Below are positions 9,424-19,654 of a DNA stretch of 64,000 nucleotides, in pieces. The translations under genes were made by a program, and so were the position numbers. The notes below the pieces were generated by a model. That model did not search any database. It saw nothing but the letters and a program-made list of their open reading frames with translations, and had not been told where the DNA came from. Each line of letters starts with the position of its first letter. Position 1 is the first letter of the stretch. Source of the stretch: Candidatus Dormiibacterota bacterium (GTDB lineage: Bacteria; Chloroflexota; Dormibacteria; Aeolococcales; Aeolococcaceae); the NCBI GenBank assembly GCA_963718525.1, contig OY970355.1, positions 960,001 to 1,024,000 of the forward strand, read 5' to 3'.

Positions 9424-10664
9424 CCGGTAGGGGCCGGAATCGGCAGATCGCGGATCGCTTCGGGGGTCCCGCGAACAACAGCGTCGGCCGCGCGCAAGGC
9501 GCGCACGGTCTCGGCCACGTCGTGGACTCGCACCATGTGTGCGCCCGCCTGCACCGAGAGCACAGCGAGCGCGAGGCTCGGCTCGAGCCGGTGGCTCTGG
9601 CCGGCCTCGCCGATGAGCAGCCCCGTCGTGGATTTCCGGGATGGGCCAACCAGCACGGCACGACCCATGCCCAGCAGCTCGCCGAGCCGGCGGACCAGCT
9701 CGAGGTTGTGTGCCGGGGTCTTGGCAAAGCCGAAGCCGGGATCGATGATCACCTGCGACAGGACGATGCCGGCGTTCTCGGCGACCGCCAGGCTCTGTCG
9801 AAGCCCGAGTGCCACGTCCTCGAGCAGCTCGCCGTAGTCCGTACCGAGCTGGTTGTGCATCGCGACGACAGCGGTTCCCGGGTGCGCGGCGATCACGGCG
9901 GCCATGCCGGGATCACCTCGGAGCCCCCATACATCGTTGACGATCACGGCTCCGGCATCCAGAGCCGCGGCGGCCACCACCGCCTTGCGGGTGTCGATGC
10001 TGATCGGCACCCCGAGAAGCCCGGCGAGCCCGCGAATCACCGGCAGCACCCGCGCGATCTCAGCCTGGGCGGTGACCTCCTCCCGGCTTCGAGACGGTCG
10101 GGTGCTCTCCCCGCCGATGTCCACGATGTCGGCGCCGGCATCGGCAAGAGCGTGCGCCCGCGCGACGGCCGCCTGCACATCGTCGCCAACCCCGTCGCCG
10201 GAGAAGGAGTCCGGGGTGACGTTGAGGATGCCCATCACCAGGGTCCGTTTGCCGAAGTCGAGGCGATATCCCGGCAGCTCGACCGGCGCGGGAGCAGCGC
10301 CACGGGCCATCAGCACCGACCCGATTGCAGCTCCGACCTCCCCGGCGTTCTCGCTCCATGCCGCCAGCTGCATCGGCAATCCGCCCGCGGTGGCGAGGGG
10401 CATGAGCAGCACCGCCCGATCGCCGTCGGGGCTGCTCAGCACCTCGCCGCCACCCTCGGCGACGAGGCGTTCCAGGATCCGTAGCTGGTCAGAGCTCAGC
10501 CCGCGCAGCGCCAGCGCCTCGACCGCACCACGCCGCGCGAGCACGATGAGCTTCTCGGGTGAGACGCCGAGGCCGAGCACGGCATCGCGGAGCGAGTCGG
10601 GAGGCCCGGGGAGGAGCGGGCGTACGTTGTAGCGAGCGGCGACCTCAGCGCTTCCCGCGCCCAT
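9420..10664 (-). CDS. folP: Dihydropteroate synthase with N-terminal extension
   Basis: MGILNVTPDSFSGDG, DIGGESTRP, IDPGFGFAK, GPSRKS, VRVHDV. Confidence 0.95.
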   Translation of the reverse strand: MGAGSAEVAARYNVRPLLPGPPDSLRDAVLGLGVSPEKLIVLARRGAVEALALRGLSSDQLRILERLVAEGGGEVLSSPDGDRAVLLMPLATAGGLPMQLAAWSENAGEVGAAIGSVLMARGAAPAPVELPGYRLDFGKRTLVMGILNVTPDSFSGDGVGDDVQAAVARAHALADAGADIVDIGGESTRPSRSREEVTAQAEIARVLPVIRGLAGLLGVPISIDTRKAVVAAAALDAGAVIVNDVWGLRGDPGMAAVIAAHPGTAVVAMHNQLGTDYGELLEDVALGLRQSLAVAENAGIVLSQVIIDPGFGFAKTPAHNLELVRRLGELLGMGRAVLVGPSRKSTTGLLIGEAGQSHRLEPSLALAVLSVQAGAHMVRVHDVAETVRALRAADAVVRGTPEAIRDLPIPAPTG

Positions 10665-10665
10665 G

Positions 10666-11163
10666 TCAATTCGCGGCGGGCGCGGGTATGTCGGCAGGCT
10701 GCAGTTCGCCCGCTTCGCGCTTCGGCACCATCACCCTGCGCTTGAAGGTGCACACCCGCTCGCCCCGCTGGTTGAATGCGCGCGTCTCGACGGTGATGAT
10801 GCCGCGGTCCGGTTTGCTCGACGACTCGCGCTTGTCGAGCACGGTTGTCTCGGCGTAGATCGTGTCCCCGTGGAAGGTCGGGTTCTCGTGCTTGAGCGAT
10901 TCGACCTCGAGGTTGGCGATCGCCTTGCCGCTGATGTCGGGAACGCTCATCCCCAGCGCCAGGCTGTAGACGAGGTTCCCCACCACCACGTTGCGCCTGA
11001 ACTCCGTCTGTGTTTCCGCGTAGTGCGCATCGCTGTGGAGCGGATGGTGATTCATGGTGAGCAGGCAGAACAGGTGGTCGTCGGCCTCGGTGATGGTCTT
11101 GCCCGGCCAGTGCTTGTACGTGGTTCCAACGACGAATTCCTCGTAGTAGCGGCCGAACTGCAT
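10666..11163 (-). CDS. MaoC-family dehydratase
   Basis: GRYYEEF..G..YKHWPGKTITEAD, MNHHPLH, PTFHGDT. Confidence 0.92.
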   Translation of the reverse strand: MQFGRYYEEFVVGTTYKHWPGKTITEADDHLFCLLTMNHHPLHSDAHYAETQTEFRRNVVVGNLVYSLALGMSVPDISGKAIANLEVESLKHENPTFHGDTIYAETTVLDKRESSSKPDRGIITVETRAFNQRGERVCTFKRRVMVPKREAGELQPADIPAPAAN

Positions 11164-11231
11164 GGATCAGCTCCCGTCGGGGTCTGAGGCGCGGCTGAGT
11201 GCCCGTGTGTCCATGGTGCAACCTACTCTAC

Positions 11232-12104
11232 GTGGCCGCGAAGCAACTCCGCCCCGACGCGTCGAGCGGCGCCGCCACGGTCATCCTCGGCGAGGCACTC
11301 GAGGTGCTGCGCTCGTTGCCCGACGGATGCGCGGGTCTGGTCTACGTCGATCCTCCGTTCAATACCGGTGGTGCTCGTACGGGTCTGACAACCAGCGTCA
11401 TCGCGGACGAGACCGCATCGCGGCGTGGATTCGCCGGCCGGCATTACCGTGTCGAAAGCCGGCCCGGCGCGCGCTACGCCGACCGATTCGACGACTACAT
11501 CGGATGGCTCCGTCCCCGTCTCGAGGAGTCGCGGCGAATCCTCGCGTCACAGGGCAGCCTCTATTTCCACATCGATCCGCGCGAGTCGCACTACTGCAAG
11601 CTGCTGCTCGACGAGATCTTCGGCCGCGAGTGCTTTCTCAACGAGGTGATCTGGGCGTATGACTACGGCGCGAGAACGACGCGCAGGTGGCCGGCGAAAC
11701 ACGACGTCATCCTCGTCTACGTGAAGGAATCGCGCGGGTACCACTTCGATTCCTCGGAGGTCGCGCGCGAGCCGTACATGGCCCCACGCCTGCAGACACC
11801 GGAGCGCGCCGCGCGCGGCAAGCTGCCGACCGACGTGTGGTGGCACACGATCGTGCCGACAGGATCGCGCGAGCGCACCGGATACCCGACCCAGAAACCG
11901 CTGGGGATCGTGCGCCGCATCGTCGCCGCCTCATCACGACCCGGTGATCTGGTCGTTGACTGGTGCGCCGGCAGCGGCACCACCGGCGCCGCCGCGGCCG
12001 AGCTGGGAAGGCGCTTTCTACTTGTCGACGATCAGCCCGCTGCGATCGATGTGATGCGCCGGCGCCTCGCCGGCGTCCCCGGACTGCGGGTGATCACGCG
12101 GTGA
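11232..12104 (+). CDS. Orphan N6-adenine/N4-cytosine DNA methyltransferase (beta-class motif order)
   Basis: DPPFNTG precedes YPTQKP and DWCAGSGTTG; start uncertain (11199 or 11232). Confidence 0.9.
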   Translation: MAAKQLRPDASSGAATVILGEALEVLRSLPDGCAGLVYVDPPFNTGGARTGLTTSVIADETASRRGFAGRHYRVESRPGARYADRFDDYIGWLRPRLEESRRILASQGSLYFHIDPRESHYCKLLLDEIFGRECFLNEVIWAYDYGARTTRRWPAKHDVILVYVKESRGYHFDSSEVAREPYMAPRLQTPERAARGKLPTDVWWHTIVPTGSRERTGYPTQKPLGIVRRIVAASSRPGDLVVDWCAGSGTTGAAAAELGRRFLLVDDQPAAIDVMRRRLAGVPGLRVITR

Positions 12105-13257
12105 TGCGGTGCCGCTCCAGCAACCCCTTGGCGATGATCAGACGCTGGATCTCGTTGGTCCCCTCGCCGATGATGAGGAGCGGCGCGTCGCGGTAGAGAC
12201 GCTCGACGTCGTACTCCTTTGAGAAACCGTAGCCACCGTGGACCCGCATCGCTTCGCTGACGACCTCGAAGCAGGTCTCGCTGGCGAACAGCTTGGCCAT
12301 GCCGCACTCGACGTCGGCACGCTCGCCGGCGTCCTTCTTGCGCGCGGCGTAGTTGGTGAGCAGCCGCGCTGCCTGGATCTTGGTCGCCATGTCGGCGAGC
12401 TTGAACTGGATCGCCTCGTGCTGGGAGATGGGGACGCCGAACGCCTGTCGCTGCTGCGCGTAGGCAATCGAGAGCTCGAACGCGCGCTGCGCGACACCGA
12501 CACCGCGAGCAGCGACATTGACTCGCCCCACCTCGATGGCGGCCATCATCTGCTTGAAGCCCTGGCCCTCGACCCCGCCGAGAAGATTGGCCGCGGGCTG
12601 CGGGTTGTTCTCGAAGACGAGCTCGGTCGTCTCGACACCTTTGTAGCCGAGCTTCTCGATCCGGCGCGATGACGTGAAGCCGGGGTACTGCTTCTCGGCA
12701 AGGATGCAGGACATGCCGCGGTGCGGCGGGCTTGCGTTGGGATCCGTTTTCACGAGGGTTGCCACAACCGTCGAGTGCTCGCCGTTGGTCGCCCACATCT
12801 TCGTGCCGTTGATGACGTACTCGCCGTTGTCGCGGATCGCGCGAGTTTGGATGGCCTGGACATCCGAGCCGCAATTGGGCTCGCTCATCGAGAATCCACC
12901 GTGAAATTCCCCGGTGGCCATGCGCGGCAGGAAGCGCTGCTTCTGCTCGTCAGTCCCGAAGTTCTCGAGCAGGAAACTGACGATGAAGTGCGTGTTGATG
13001 ATGCCGGTGATCGACATCCATCCCCGCGCGATCTCCTCGCAGACCATCGCGTAGGTGGTGTAGTCGAGGCCGGTGCCGCCGTACTCCTCGGGGATCGCGA
13101 ACCCGAAGAAGCCAAGCTGCTTCATCTGCGCCACGATCTTGTCGGGGTAGACGTCGTCGTGATCCAGGTCGTGCGCCACCGGCATGATCTCGCGTTCGAC
13201 GAAGTCGCGGACCATGCCGACGATCTCGCGCTGCTCGGTGGTCATGTCGATGGACAT
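12094..13257 (-). CDS. Acyl-CoA dehydrogenase
   Basis: IPEEYGG, SEPNCGSD, NGTKMWATNG, RQAFG, HGGYGF, IGEGTNEIQR. Confidence 0.95.
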   Translation of the reverse strand: MSIDMTTEQREIVGMVRDFVEREIMPVAHDLDHDDVYPDKIVAQMKQLGFFGFAIPEEYGGTGLDYTTYAMVCEEIARGWMSITGIINTHFIVSFLLENFGTDEQKQRFLPRMATGEFHGGFSMSEPNCGSDVQAIQTRAIRDNGEYVINGTKMWATNGEHSTVVATLVKTDPNASPPHRGMSCILAEKQYPGFTSSRRIEKLGYKGVETTELVFENNPQPAANLLGGVEGQGFKQMMAAIEVGRVNVAARGVGVAQRAFELSIAYAQQRQAFGVPISQHEAIQFKLADMATKIQAARLLTNYAARKKDAGERADVECGMAKLFASETCFEVVSEAMRVHGGYGFSKEYDVERLYRDAPLLIIGEGTNEIQRLIIAKGLLERHRITA

Positions 13258-13285
13258 GGGCAGAGTCTATCGTCGGGGCGGGCGG

Positions 13286-14011
13286 CTAGGCTTCGGCGAC
13301 GCCGAGGATGTGGACGCGCGCGCGCTGCAGGCGTGGCGCGGCGAGGACCCGTTCGATGCCGAACGACGCCTCGAGCAGCGGCCGGTTGAACGCGATGTAC
13401 GACGGGTCGCCGTTGTACGTCAGCTGCATGCGCTCGAAGCCGGCCGCGTTGAGCAGCCGGTGCAGCTGCGCGCCGCTGTTGGCTCGATAGCGGACCGGGT
13501 ACGCGTCTCCCTCGCCGCGTCCGTAGAGACGGCGAGTCAGGCCGGCGTGCCAGCGATGGGGGATCGCCCTGATCATCCAGGCGTTGTAGTTCCACGCATT
13601 CGGTGTGAGAAACAGGAACTTCCCGCCGGCCGCGAGCACGCGCCGCACCTCGGAGAAGACGAGGCCCGGGTGGTCGAGATGTTCGAGGACCCATGCCGAG
13701 GCGACGAGGTCGAACGTCCCCGTTGCGAAAGGGAGATCCTCGCCCGAGGCCACGACGCGGTGCTCGATCACCCGGTTGTCTGCCAGCGCCTCGGGGTCTG
13801 GATCAAGTCCGTACACGGTGGCGCCGGGCGCGCACGAGAGATCGTCCCCATGCAGACCGTTGCGTCCGCATCCGAGGTCGAGGATCCGTGCGCCCGGTGA
13901 CGAGATTTTGGCGATCAATGCTCGGTACCGGCTCACGCTGTCGACCCAGGACGGGTTGCGCCGCCGATACTCCGCGCGGGCGCGCGTCTGCCGTTCGAAG
14001 CCTGATGTCAT
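13286..14011 (-). CDS. Class I SAM-dependent methyltransferase
   Basis: ILDLGCG, LPFATGTFDLV, VLEHL, EVRRVLAAGG..LFLTPN. Confidence 0.9.
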   Translation of the reverse strand: MTSGFERQTRARAEYRRRNPSWVDSVSRYRALIAKISSPGARILDLGCGRNGLHGDDLSCAPGATVYGLDPDPEALADNRVIEHRVVASGEDLPFATGTFDLVASAWVLEHLDHPGLVFSEVRRVLAAGGKFLFLTPNAWNYNAWMIRAIPHRWHAGLTRRLYGRGEGDAYPVRYRANSGAQLHRLLNAAGFERMQLTYNGDPSYIAFNRPLLEASFGIERVLAAPRLQRARVHILGVAEA

Positions 14012-14092
14012 GGAGGGCGGCAGTGTAGTCGGCGGTCGCGCCGGCGGTTGCGCTGGTACAGTTGCGTCGATGAGCGAACGGCCGTTCGCGCG

Positions 14093-14869
14093 ATGATCGC
14101 CGATATCGTCGGCGCCAACTCCACGGCAGCGACCGCGGTCTCAGCCACCCCTGTGTTGGGCAGCTTCGACATCCGTGCGGAGGACTGCATCAACTTCCTG
14201 CGGGGGCTTCCGTCCGAGTCGGTGGATCTGATCGTCACCGATCCGGCGTACTCGGGAATGAATCGGCATATGCGTTTCGGCCATGGGCGCATCGTCGGTC
14301 ACTACGGGAAACCCGACAACGAGCGCTGGTTTCAGGAATTCTCTGACGACCCGGAGTCGTACGCGGTGTTCCTCGGTGAGTGTCACCGGGTGCTTCGCAA
14401 GGACCGCCATGTCTACATCATGTTCGACAGCTTCTCGATGCTCTCTCTCGGCGCGCTGGTGCGGGACTTCTTCGATGTGAAGGGGGTGGTCGTGTGGGAC
14501 AAGGTCCATCTGGGAATGGGCCACTACTTCCGGCGACGTCACGAGCAGATCGTGTTCGCGAGCAAGGGGCGGAGGAAGGTGTCGAGGCGAGACCTGCCCG
14601 ACGTGTGGGCCGTCCCGCGCATCCACCGCGCCGCCTATCCCACGCAGAAACCGGTGAAGCTCTTCGAGTTGATGGTGCAGGCCAGCGCCGAGCCCGGGTT
14701 TCTGGTCTGCGATCCGTTCTGCGGCAGCGGATCGTCGGGCGTCGCTGCGTTGCTCGGTGGCTGCGACTTCATCGGCGCGGACATCGACGCGCGCGCCGTC
14801 GACATCGCGCACGATCGCCTCGCGAATTTCGTTGCATCGGGGCTGGATCAGCTCGAGCCGGCTCACTGA
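14093..14869 (+). CDS. Orphan DNA methyltransferase (beta-class; DPAY catalytic variant)
   Basis: SVDLIVTDPAY, YPTQKPVKL, DPFCGSGS. Confidence 0.88.
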   Translation: MIADIVGANSTAATAVSATPVLGSFDIRAEDCINFLRGLPSESVDLIVTDPAYSGMNRHMRFGHGRIVGHYGKPDNERWFQEFSDDPESYAVFLGECHRVLRKDRHVYIMFDSFSMLSLGALVRDFFDVKGVVVWDKVHLGMGHYFRRRHEQIVFASKGRRKVSRRDLPDVWAVPRIHRAAYPTQKPVKLFELMVQASAEPGFLVCDPFCGSGSSGVAALLGGCDFIGADIDARAVDIAHDRLANFVASGLDQLEPAH

Positions 14870-14878
14870 TCAGGTTGA

Positions 14879-15865
14879 TCAGTAGCGGGTGCCCTCAGGT
14901 GCCGGGAGCGCGTCGAGCTCGGCCAGGTCCTCGGGGCTGAGCTCGAGGTCAGCCGCCGCCGCGTTCTCCACCAGGTACCTCGGAGTCTTGGTCCCGGGGA
15001 TCGGCACCACGTTCCGGCCCCGAGCCAGCACCCACGCCAGCGCGACCTGCGCGGGGCTCGCTCCGACACGGCCGGCGATCGCGCGCACCCGCCCAACAAT
15101 GGCCAGATTGGCGTGCAACGCCTCCTGCTGGAAGCGCGGCAGCTGGCGCCTGAAGTCATCCTGGGGAAGGTCGTCGAACGACGAGAACCGCCCGGCGAGG
15201 AAACCTCGACCGAGCGGCGAGAACGCGATCAGCGCGATGCCCTGCTCCTTGCAATGCGGGAGCACGTCGGCCAGCACATCCCGGGTCCAGAGCGACAGCT
15301 CGGACTGCACGGACGTCACGGGATGCACGTCCTGAGCTCGCCTGATCTCGGCCACGGACACCTCGGAGAGCCCGATGTGGCGGGCTTTGCCGGCCGCCAC
15401 GACTTCGGCCATGGCGCCCCAGGTTTCCTCCAGCGGCACCGCCGGGTCGACCCTGTGCAGCTGGTAAAGGTCGACGAACTCGGCACCGAGGCGTCGCAGG
15501 CTCTCATCGATTGATCTCAGGACGTGCTCGGGCCGTCCGTTCCGGCCGGCACCCGGAGATGGGGTACCCGCTCCCACGCTCGAGCCGGTGTCGCCCATGA
15601 CCAGCCCGACCTTGGTAGCGAGCACGGCACGATCGCGGTAGCCGCCCGCGAGCGCCCGACCGACCAGCTCCTCGTTTGTGTACGGGCCGTACGCGTCGGC
15701 GGTGTCGATGAGCGTCATGCCGAGGTCGAGTGCCTGGTGGATCACAGCGATCGAGGTCACGTCATCGCGGGGTGTCTGGAGGTCGTACGAGGCTGTCATG
15801 CCCATGCAGCCCAGGCCGATGACGCCAACCTCGGAGCCATCGCCGGTGAGCGTTGTGGTTCGCAC
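14879..15865 (-). CDS. Aldo/keto reductase
   Basis: IGLGCMGM, DTADAYGP, DLYQLHRVDP, IGLSE, VPIPGT. Confidence 0.95.
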   Translation of the reverse strand: MRTTTLTGDGSEVGVIGLGCMGMTASYDLQTPRDDVTSIAVIHQALDLGMTLIDTADAYGPYTNEELVGRALAGGYRDRAVLATKVGLVMGDTGSSVGAGTPSPGAGRNGRPEHVLRSIDESLRRLGAEFVDLYQLHRVDPAVPLEETWGAMAEVVAAGKARHIGLSEVSVAEIRRAQDVHPVTSVQSELSLWTRDVLADVLPHCKEQGIALIAFSPLGRGFLAGRFSSFDDLPQDDFRRQLPRFQQEALHANLAIVGRVRAIAGRVGASPAQVALAWVLARGRNVVPIPGTKTPRYLVENAAAADLELSPEDLAELDALPAPEGTRY

Positions 15866-15880
15866 TGAGGGTCGATTCCT

Positions 15881-18229
15881 CTACATCTCGGCTGTCGGAG
15901 CGCGGAAGTAGTTTGAGGCGGTGGGCCGTACGGGCGGCCGCGCGGCCCGATGAGGCCAGAAGGCCAGGCGCCCGGCGAGGACGAGGAGGGCGGGAAGCAG
16001 GAACGAACGCACCAGGAAGGCATCGATGATGACCCCGACGCCGAGGATGAACGCGAACTCGCGGAAGGGCTGCAACGGCACCAGGTCCAGCACCGCAAAG
16101 CTCGCCGCCAGGGTCACGGCCGCGATCGCGACTGCGCGCGACGCTCGTGGCAGCGCGATCTCGACCGCCGTGGCGATGTCGCGTATCCGGGCCTCCTCCC
16201 AGATACGGCCCATCACGAAGACGCTGTAGTCGGCGCCGAGGGAGACGAGCAGAACGCCCGCGGTCACCGGCACGAAAAAGGTGACATCCGGATAACCGAG
16301 CGGACCCTGGAACACGTCGACGAAGACACCCAGGGACGCAGCCAGGCCGAGCGCACTCGACGCGATCAGCAGCAGCGGCGCCAGGATCGCGCGGAAATAG
16401 AGCATCAGGACGAGGCTCATCAACAGGGCGGCAAGGAGCGCCACTCGCCAGATGTCCGTGTCGGTCGCCGCAACTGCATCCGCCGCGGTAGGCGTCGTGC
16501 CTGACCACGAAGCCGTCGCATCGGCCAGTCCTACCTCGGGGAGCGCCGCCATGACCCTTCCCCTGAGCGCGGTGAACGCCGAGATCGCTGCCGCGTTGTA
16601 CGGGTCGTCGCGGAAGACCACGAAGAAGCGTGCCGCCCCCTGGTTCGACGTCGTGAACAGCGACGTCCCCAGGTTGAACGGGAGCTGGCCCGGGCCGATC
16701 ACGGCCGCGACACCCGGGCTGCTCGTGATCGCCCGGTCGACGGTTGTCAGCGCCGAGCTCTTCGAAGCGATCCCAGGGGCCTGCAGGATCAACGTCGTCG
16801 GCCCGACGATACCGGGACCGAACCCAGCAGCAGCCGCTTCCGCCGCCTGGCGAGGCTCGCTGCTGGGTGGGAGACCACTCACGACATTGCTGCCCAGGCG
16901 AACCTGTGTGAGACCACTGCCCGCCAGCACGAGCAGGGCAACCGAGACGACCACGATGATGCCGGCCGCCCAGCGCCGGCGGATCAACCGCGCAACCGTC
17001 CAGCGCGCTGCTCGGGTGTCACCCCGGGTTCGGCTGGCGTCGGCCGCCCGGGTCCGGAGGCTCGGCCAGAAGGCAACCCGGCCGAGTACCCCCACGAACG
17101 CGGGAACGAAGGAGATCGAGACGAGGCCCGAGATGATCACGGCAACGGCCATCCCCGGGCCGACCGCATGAAAGAAGTCGAGGTTCGCCCCCACGAGCGC
17201 GACAGTCCCCGCGGCGACCGTGAGGGCGGCCGCGATCACCAGCGGGACAACCCTGGATGATGCGTTCCTCAACGCGTTGGTGCGGCGCTCGCCGGCAGCC
17301 AGGCGGGCGCGCACGGCGGTCAGCGTGAACACCGAGTAGTCGGTGACCACCCCCAGGATGAGCACCACCATGATCGGCGAGAGCTGGGAGGGAATCTGCA
17401 CCCCGATGGCTTGGGCTCCCCAGCCGAGCACGTGCCGGGTAATCACATAGGCGAGCCCGGCTCCGGCCAGGGGCACGAGTGGCGCGATCGGGGAACGGAA
17501 GATCAGGCCCACCAGGACGGCGATGACCGCGACCGTCACCAGTTCGAGCAGCAGCAAGGCGTTCTCGATGAGGTTGCCTTCGCTGATCTGGGCCGGCACG
17601 GGACCGGTCACTCCGACAAACGTGCCAGGAGCGCGAGGTTCGGCAGCCGCATAGCGCTGGGCGCCCCCACTGATGTCACCGGACTGGGCCGTTGACGGGA
17701 AGAAGAGGTACGTCACCGTGGTGGTCGCCGGAGTGCCGGTCGTCGAGACCAACCCCGGCACATTGACCAGGGGAATCGCGAAGTCGGCTTGGCTTGCGGG
17801 CGCTCCACTCGGACGTGCACGGTCTATGGCCTGGGCCTGCTGAGCGATCGCCAGAAGCGTTGCGGGCGGAAGGGTGCTCGAGCCGTGCTCGACCACCATC
17901 GCCTGGCTGTCCGCCAGCGACGCCCCGAAGAGGGCGCGCTCGTGCACCTGCGCGTTCACGGCGGGCGTGTTGTTTGGCACGAGCTGGATCAGGCCAAACC
18001 CGGAGGCCGCGCCGAAGTCGGGGAGGAATGCCGCTGCCGCAATCGCTGCGGCGATCCACACCGCGATGAGCGGCAGTCCGAGGTGGGCCGTCAAGCCCGC
18101 GTACAGCCGCCACGGCCACGGTACGGCCGAGGGGTCGTCAGTCTGCTTCGCCGCCTCGACCGGGCGAGGTTGCGGCTCGACCCCGCGTGTCTGGGGAGAC
18201 GGCGGCGAGGAGGGTGGCGAGGTGGACAT
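15881..18229 (-). CDS. MMPL/RND-family transporter
   Basis: Two TM bundles with GVVTDYSVF and SLGADYSVF motifs. Confidence 0.9.
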   Translation of the reverse strand: MSTSPPSSPPSPQTRGVEPQPRPVEAAKQTDDPSAVPWPWRLYAGLTAHLGLPLIAVWIAAAIAAAAFLPDFGAASGFGLIQLVPNNTPAVNAQVHERALFGASLADSQAMVVEHGSSTLPPATLLAIAQQAQAIDRARPSGAPASQADFAIPLVNVPGLVSTTGTPATTTVTYLFFPSTAQSGDISGGAQRYAAAEPRAPGTFVGVTGPVPAQISEGNLIENALLLLELVTVAVIAVLVGLIFRSPIAPLVPLAGAGLAYVITRHVLGWGAQAIGVQIPSQLSPIMVVLILGVVTDYSVFTLTAVRARLAAGERRTNALRNASSRVVPLVIAAALTVAAGTVALVGANLDFFHAVGPGMAVAVIISGLVSISFVPAFVGVLGRVAFWPSLRTRAADASRTRGDTRAARWTVARLIRRRWAAGIIVVVSVALLVLAGSGLTQVRLGSNVVSGLPPSSEPRQAAEAAAAGFGPGIVGPTTLILQAPGIASKSSALTTVDRAITSSPGVAAVIGPGQLPFNLGTSLFTTSNQGAARFFVVFRDDPYNAAAISAFTALRGRVMAALPEVGLADATASWSGTTPTAADAVAATDTDIWRVALLAALLMSLVLMLYFRAILAPLLLIASSALGLAASLGVFVDVFQGPLGYPDVTFFVPVTAGVLLVSLGADYSVFVMGRIWEEARIRDIATAVEIALPRASRAVAIAAVTLAASFAVLDLVPLQPFREFAFILGVGVIIDAFLVRSFLLPALLVLAGRLAFWPHRAARPPVRPTASNYFRAPTAEM

Positions 18230-18254
18230 GCGACGACCCCGTGGAGGCTAAATG

Positions 18255-18271
18255 TGATAGCCACGCTATCA
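18255..18271. promoter_or_regulatory. Palindromic operator-like site upstream of the MMPL gene
   Basis: TGATAGC-CAC-GCTATCA perfect 7-bp inverted repeat 25 bp upstream of the ATG. Confidence 0.45.
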
Positions 18272-18295
18272 TCCTGGTCCCCTCCCCCGCAGGCC

Positions 18296-18697
18296 TCAGG
18301 CCGGCTCGAACTCTCCAGTGGCGAACTGAGTCAGGGACAGCAGGTTGCCGTCCGGGTCCTCGAACCAGGCGACACGGTCACCCGACGGCGACGTCCAGAT
18401 CCCGTGTTCGTCGACGTCCATGCCGCGATAGCGCAGCAGCGTCACGCCCGCAGCTGCGAGCCACGCAGCCGCGGCGGCAATGTCGCCGACGCCCCACCCC
18501 AGCACGGTGTAGCGAACCCGGGAGAGCTTGCGCACCGGAGTCAGCCGCAGCATCGTCCCATTGGCGTCGAAGACGCACGCAAATGGACTCTCCTCGGCCA
18601 TGCGCAGCCCGAGTATTTCCAGGTAGAACTCACGAGCGCGCGGCAGATCCGTCGTCGGTACGAACGCGATGAGCCGGGCGTCGTCGAGCGCGTCCAT
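18296..18697 (-). CDS. VOC/glyoxalase-family protein
   Basis: DLPRAREFYLEILGL, VAWFEDPDGNLLSL. Confidence 0.9.
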   Translation of the reverse strand: MDALDDARLIAFVPTTDLPRAREFYLEILGLRMAEESPFACVFDANGTMLRLTPVRKLSRVRYTVLGWGVGDIAAAAAWLAAAGVTLLRYRGMDVDEHGIWTSPSGDRVAWFEDPDGNLLSLTQFATGEFEPA

Positions 18698-18698
18698 G

Positions 18699-19649
18699 TC
18701 AGCCGGCTGCCGGCTCCTCGCTGTGAGATGGCGACGGCGTCAGTCCGGCGGCGACACCGCGCGCGTAGAACTGCACGGCGATCTTTCTCGACGCCTCGTC
18801 AATCATCTCGTCGCCGAGCATCACCGCTCCTTTGCGCTCAACCTCGGTCGCCTGACGGTATGCCTCGAGCATCCGGGCGGCTTTGTCGAAGTCGGCCTGT
18901 GCCGGCGTGAACGTCTCATTGGCAGGCTCGATCTGCACCGGATGGAGCACCCACTTCCCGTCGTAGCCCAACGCGGCCGCGCGTGAGGCCGCGGCCCGGT
19001 ATCCCTCCAGATCATGGATGGCCAGGTACGGTCCGTCGACGACCTGGATGCCGGCGGCCCGCGCCGCCACCGCAAGCTTGAACAGCACGTAGTGAAAAAT
19101 ATCGCCGGGATAGTTGTAATCGTTTCGCACCGACAGAGACGGCAGCTGCATCGACGCTGAAAAGTCCGCCGGGCCGTAGGTGAGCGTCTCCAGTCGCTCA
19201 CTCGAGAACGCGATCTCCTCGGCGCGCATCAGACCTTCGGCGTCCTCGATCTGCGCCTCGATGCCGATGCGCCCGACGTCGTAACCGAGTGCCTGCTCGA
19301 GCTGCAGCAGCGCACGATCGACGAACGCCACGTCGCCGGCGTTGCGCACCTTCGGCACCATGATGCAGTCGAGGACGTCGCCGGCACCGGTGACGACCTC
19401 GCGCAGGTCATCGAACGCGAACCGGCTGGTCACCTGGTTGATGCGCACCACGCGCGTCTTGCCGTGCCAATCCTGGGTGCGCAGCGCTTCGACGACCTTG
19501 GTGCGCGCGGCAGGCTTCTCCAGCGGTGCGCAGGCGTCCTCGAGGTCGAGGAACACCTCGTCGGCCGCGCTGGCCGCGGCCTTCTCCATCATCCGCGGGT
19601 TGCTGCCAGGGACGGCAAGAACCGAACGGCGAAGGCGGGTGGCAGACAC
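18699..19649 (-). CDS. CitE/HpcH-family CoA-ester lyase (malyl/citramalyl-CoA lyase-like)
   Basis: RRSVLAVPG, DLEDA, VRIN, PKV, GPADF, GYDGKWVLHP. Confidence 0.92.
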   Translation of the reverse strand: MSATRLRRSVLAVPGSNPRMMEKAAASAADEVFLDLEDACAPLEKPAARTKVVEALRTQDWHGKTRVVRINQVTSRFAFDDLREVVTGAGDVLDCIMVPKVRNAGDVAFVDRALLQLEQALGYDVGRIGIEAQIEDAEGLMRAEEIAFSSERLETLTYGPADFSASMQLPSLSVRNDYNYPGDIFHYVLFKLAVAARAAGIQVVDGPYLAIHDLEGYRAAASRAAALGYDGKWVLHPVQIEPANETFTPAQADFDKAARMLEAYRQATEVERKGAVMLGDEMIDEASRKIAVQFYARGVAAGLTPSPSHSEEPAAG

Positions 19650-19654
19650 GTCGC

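Noticed and set aside
9420-10664. N-terminal extension on FolP
   Set aside because: Extended FolP proteins are common in several phyla; not novel
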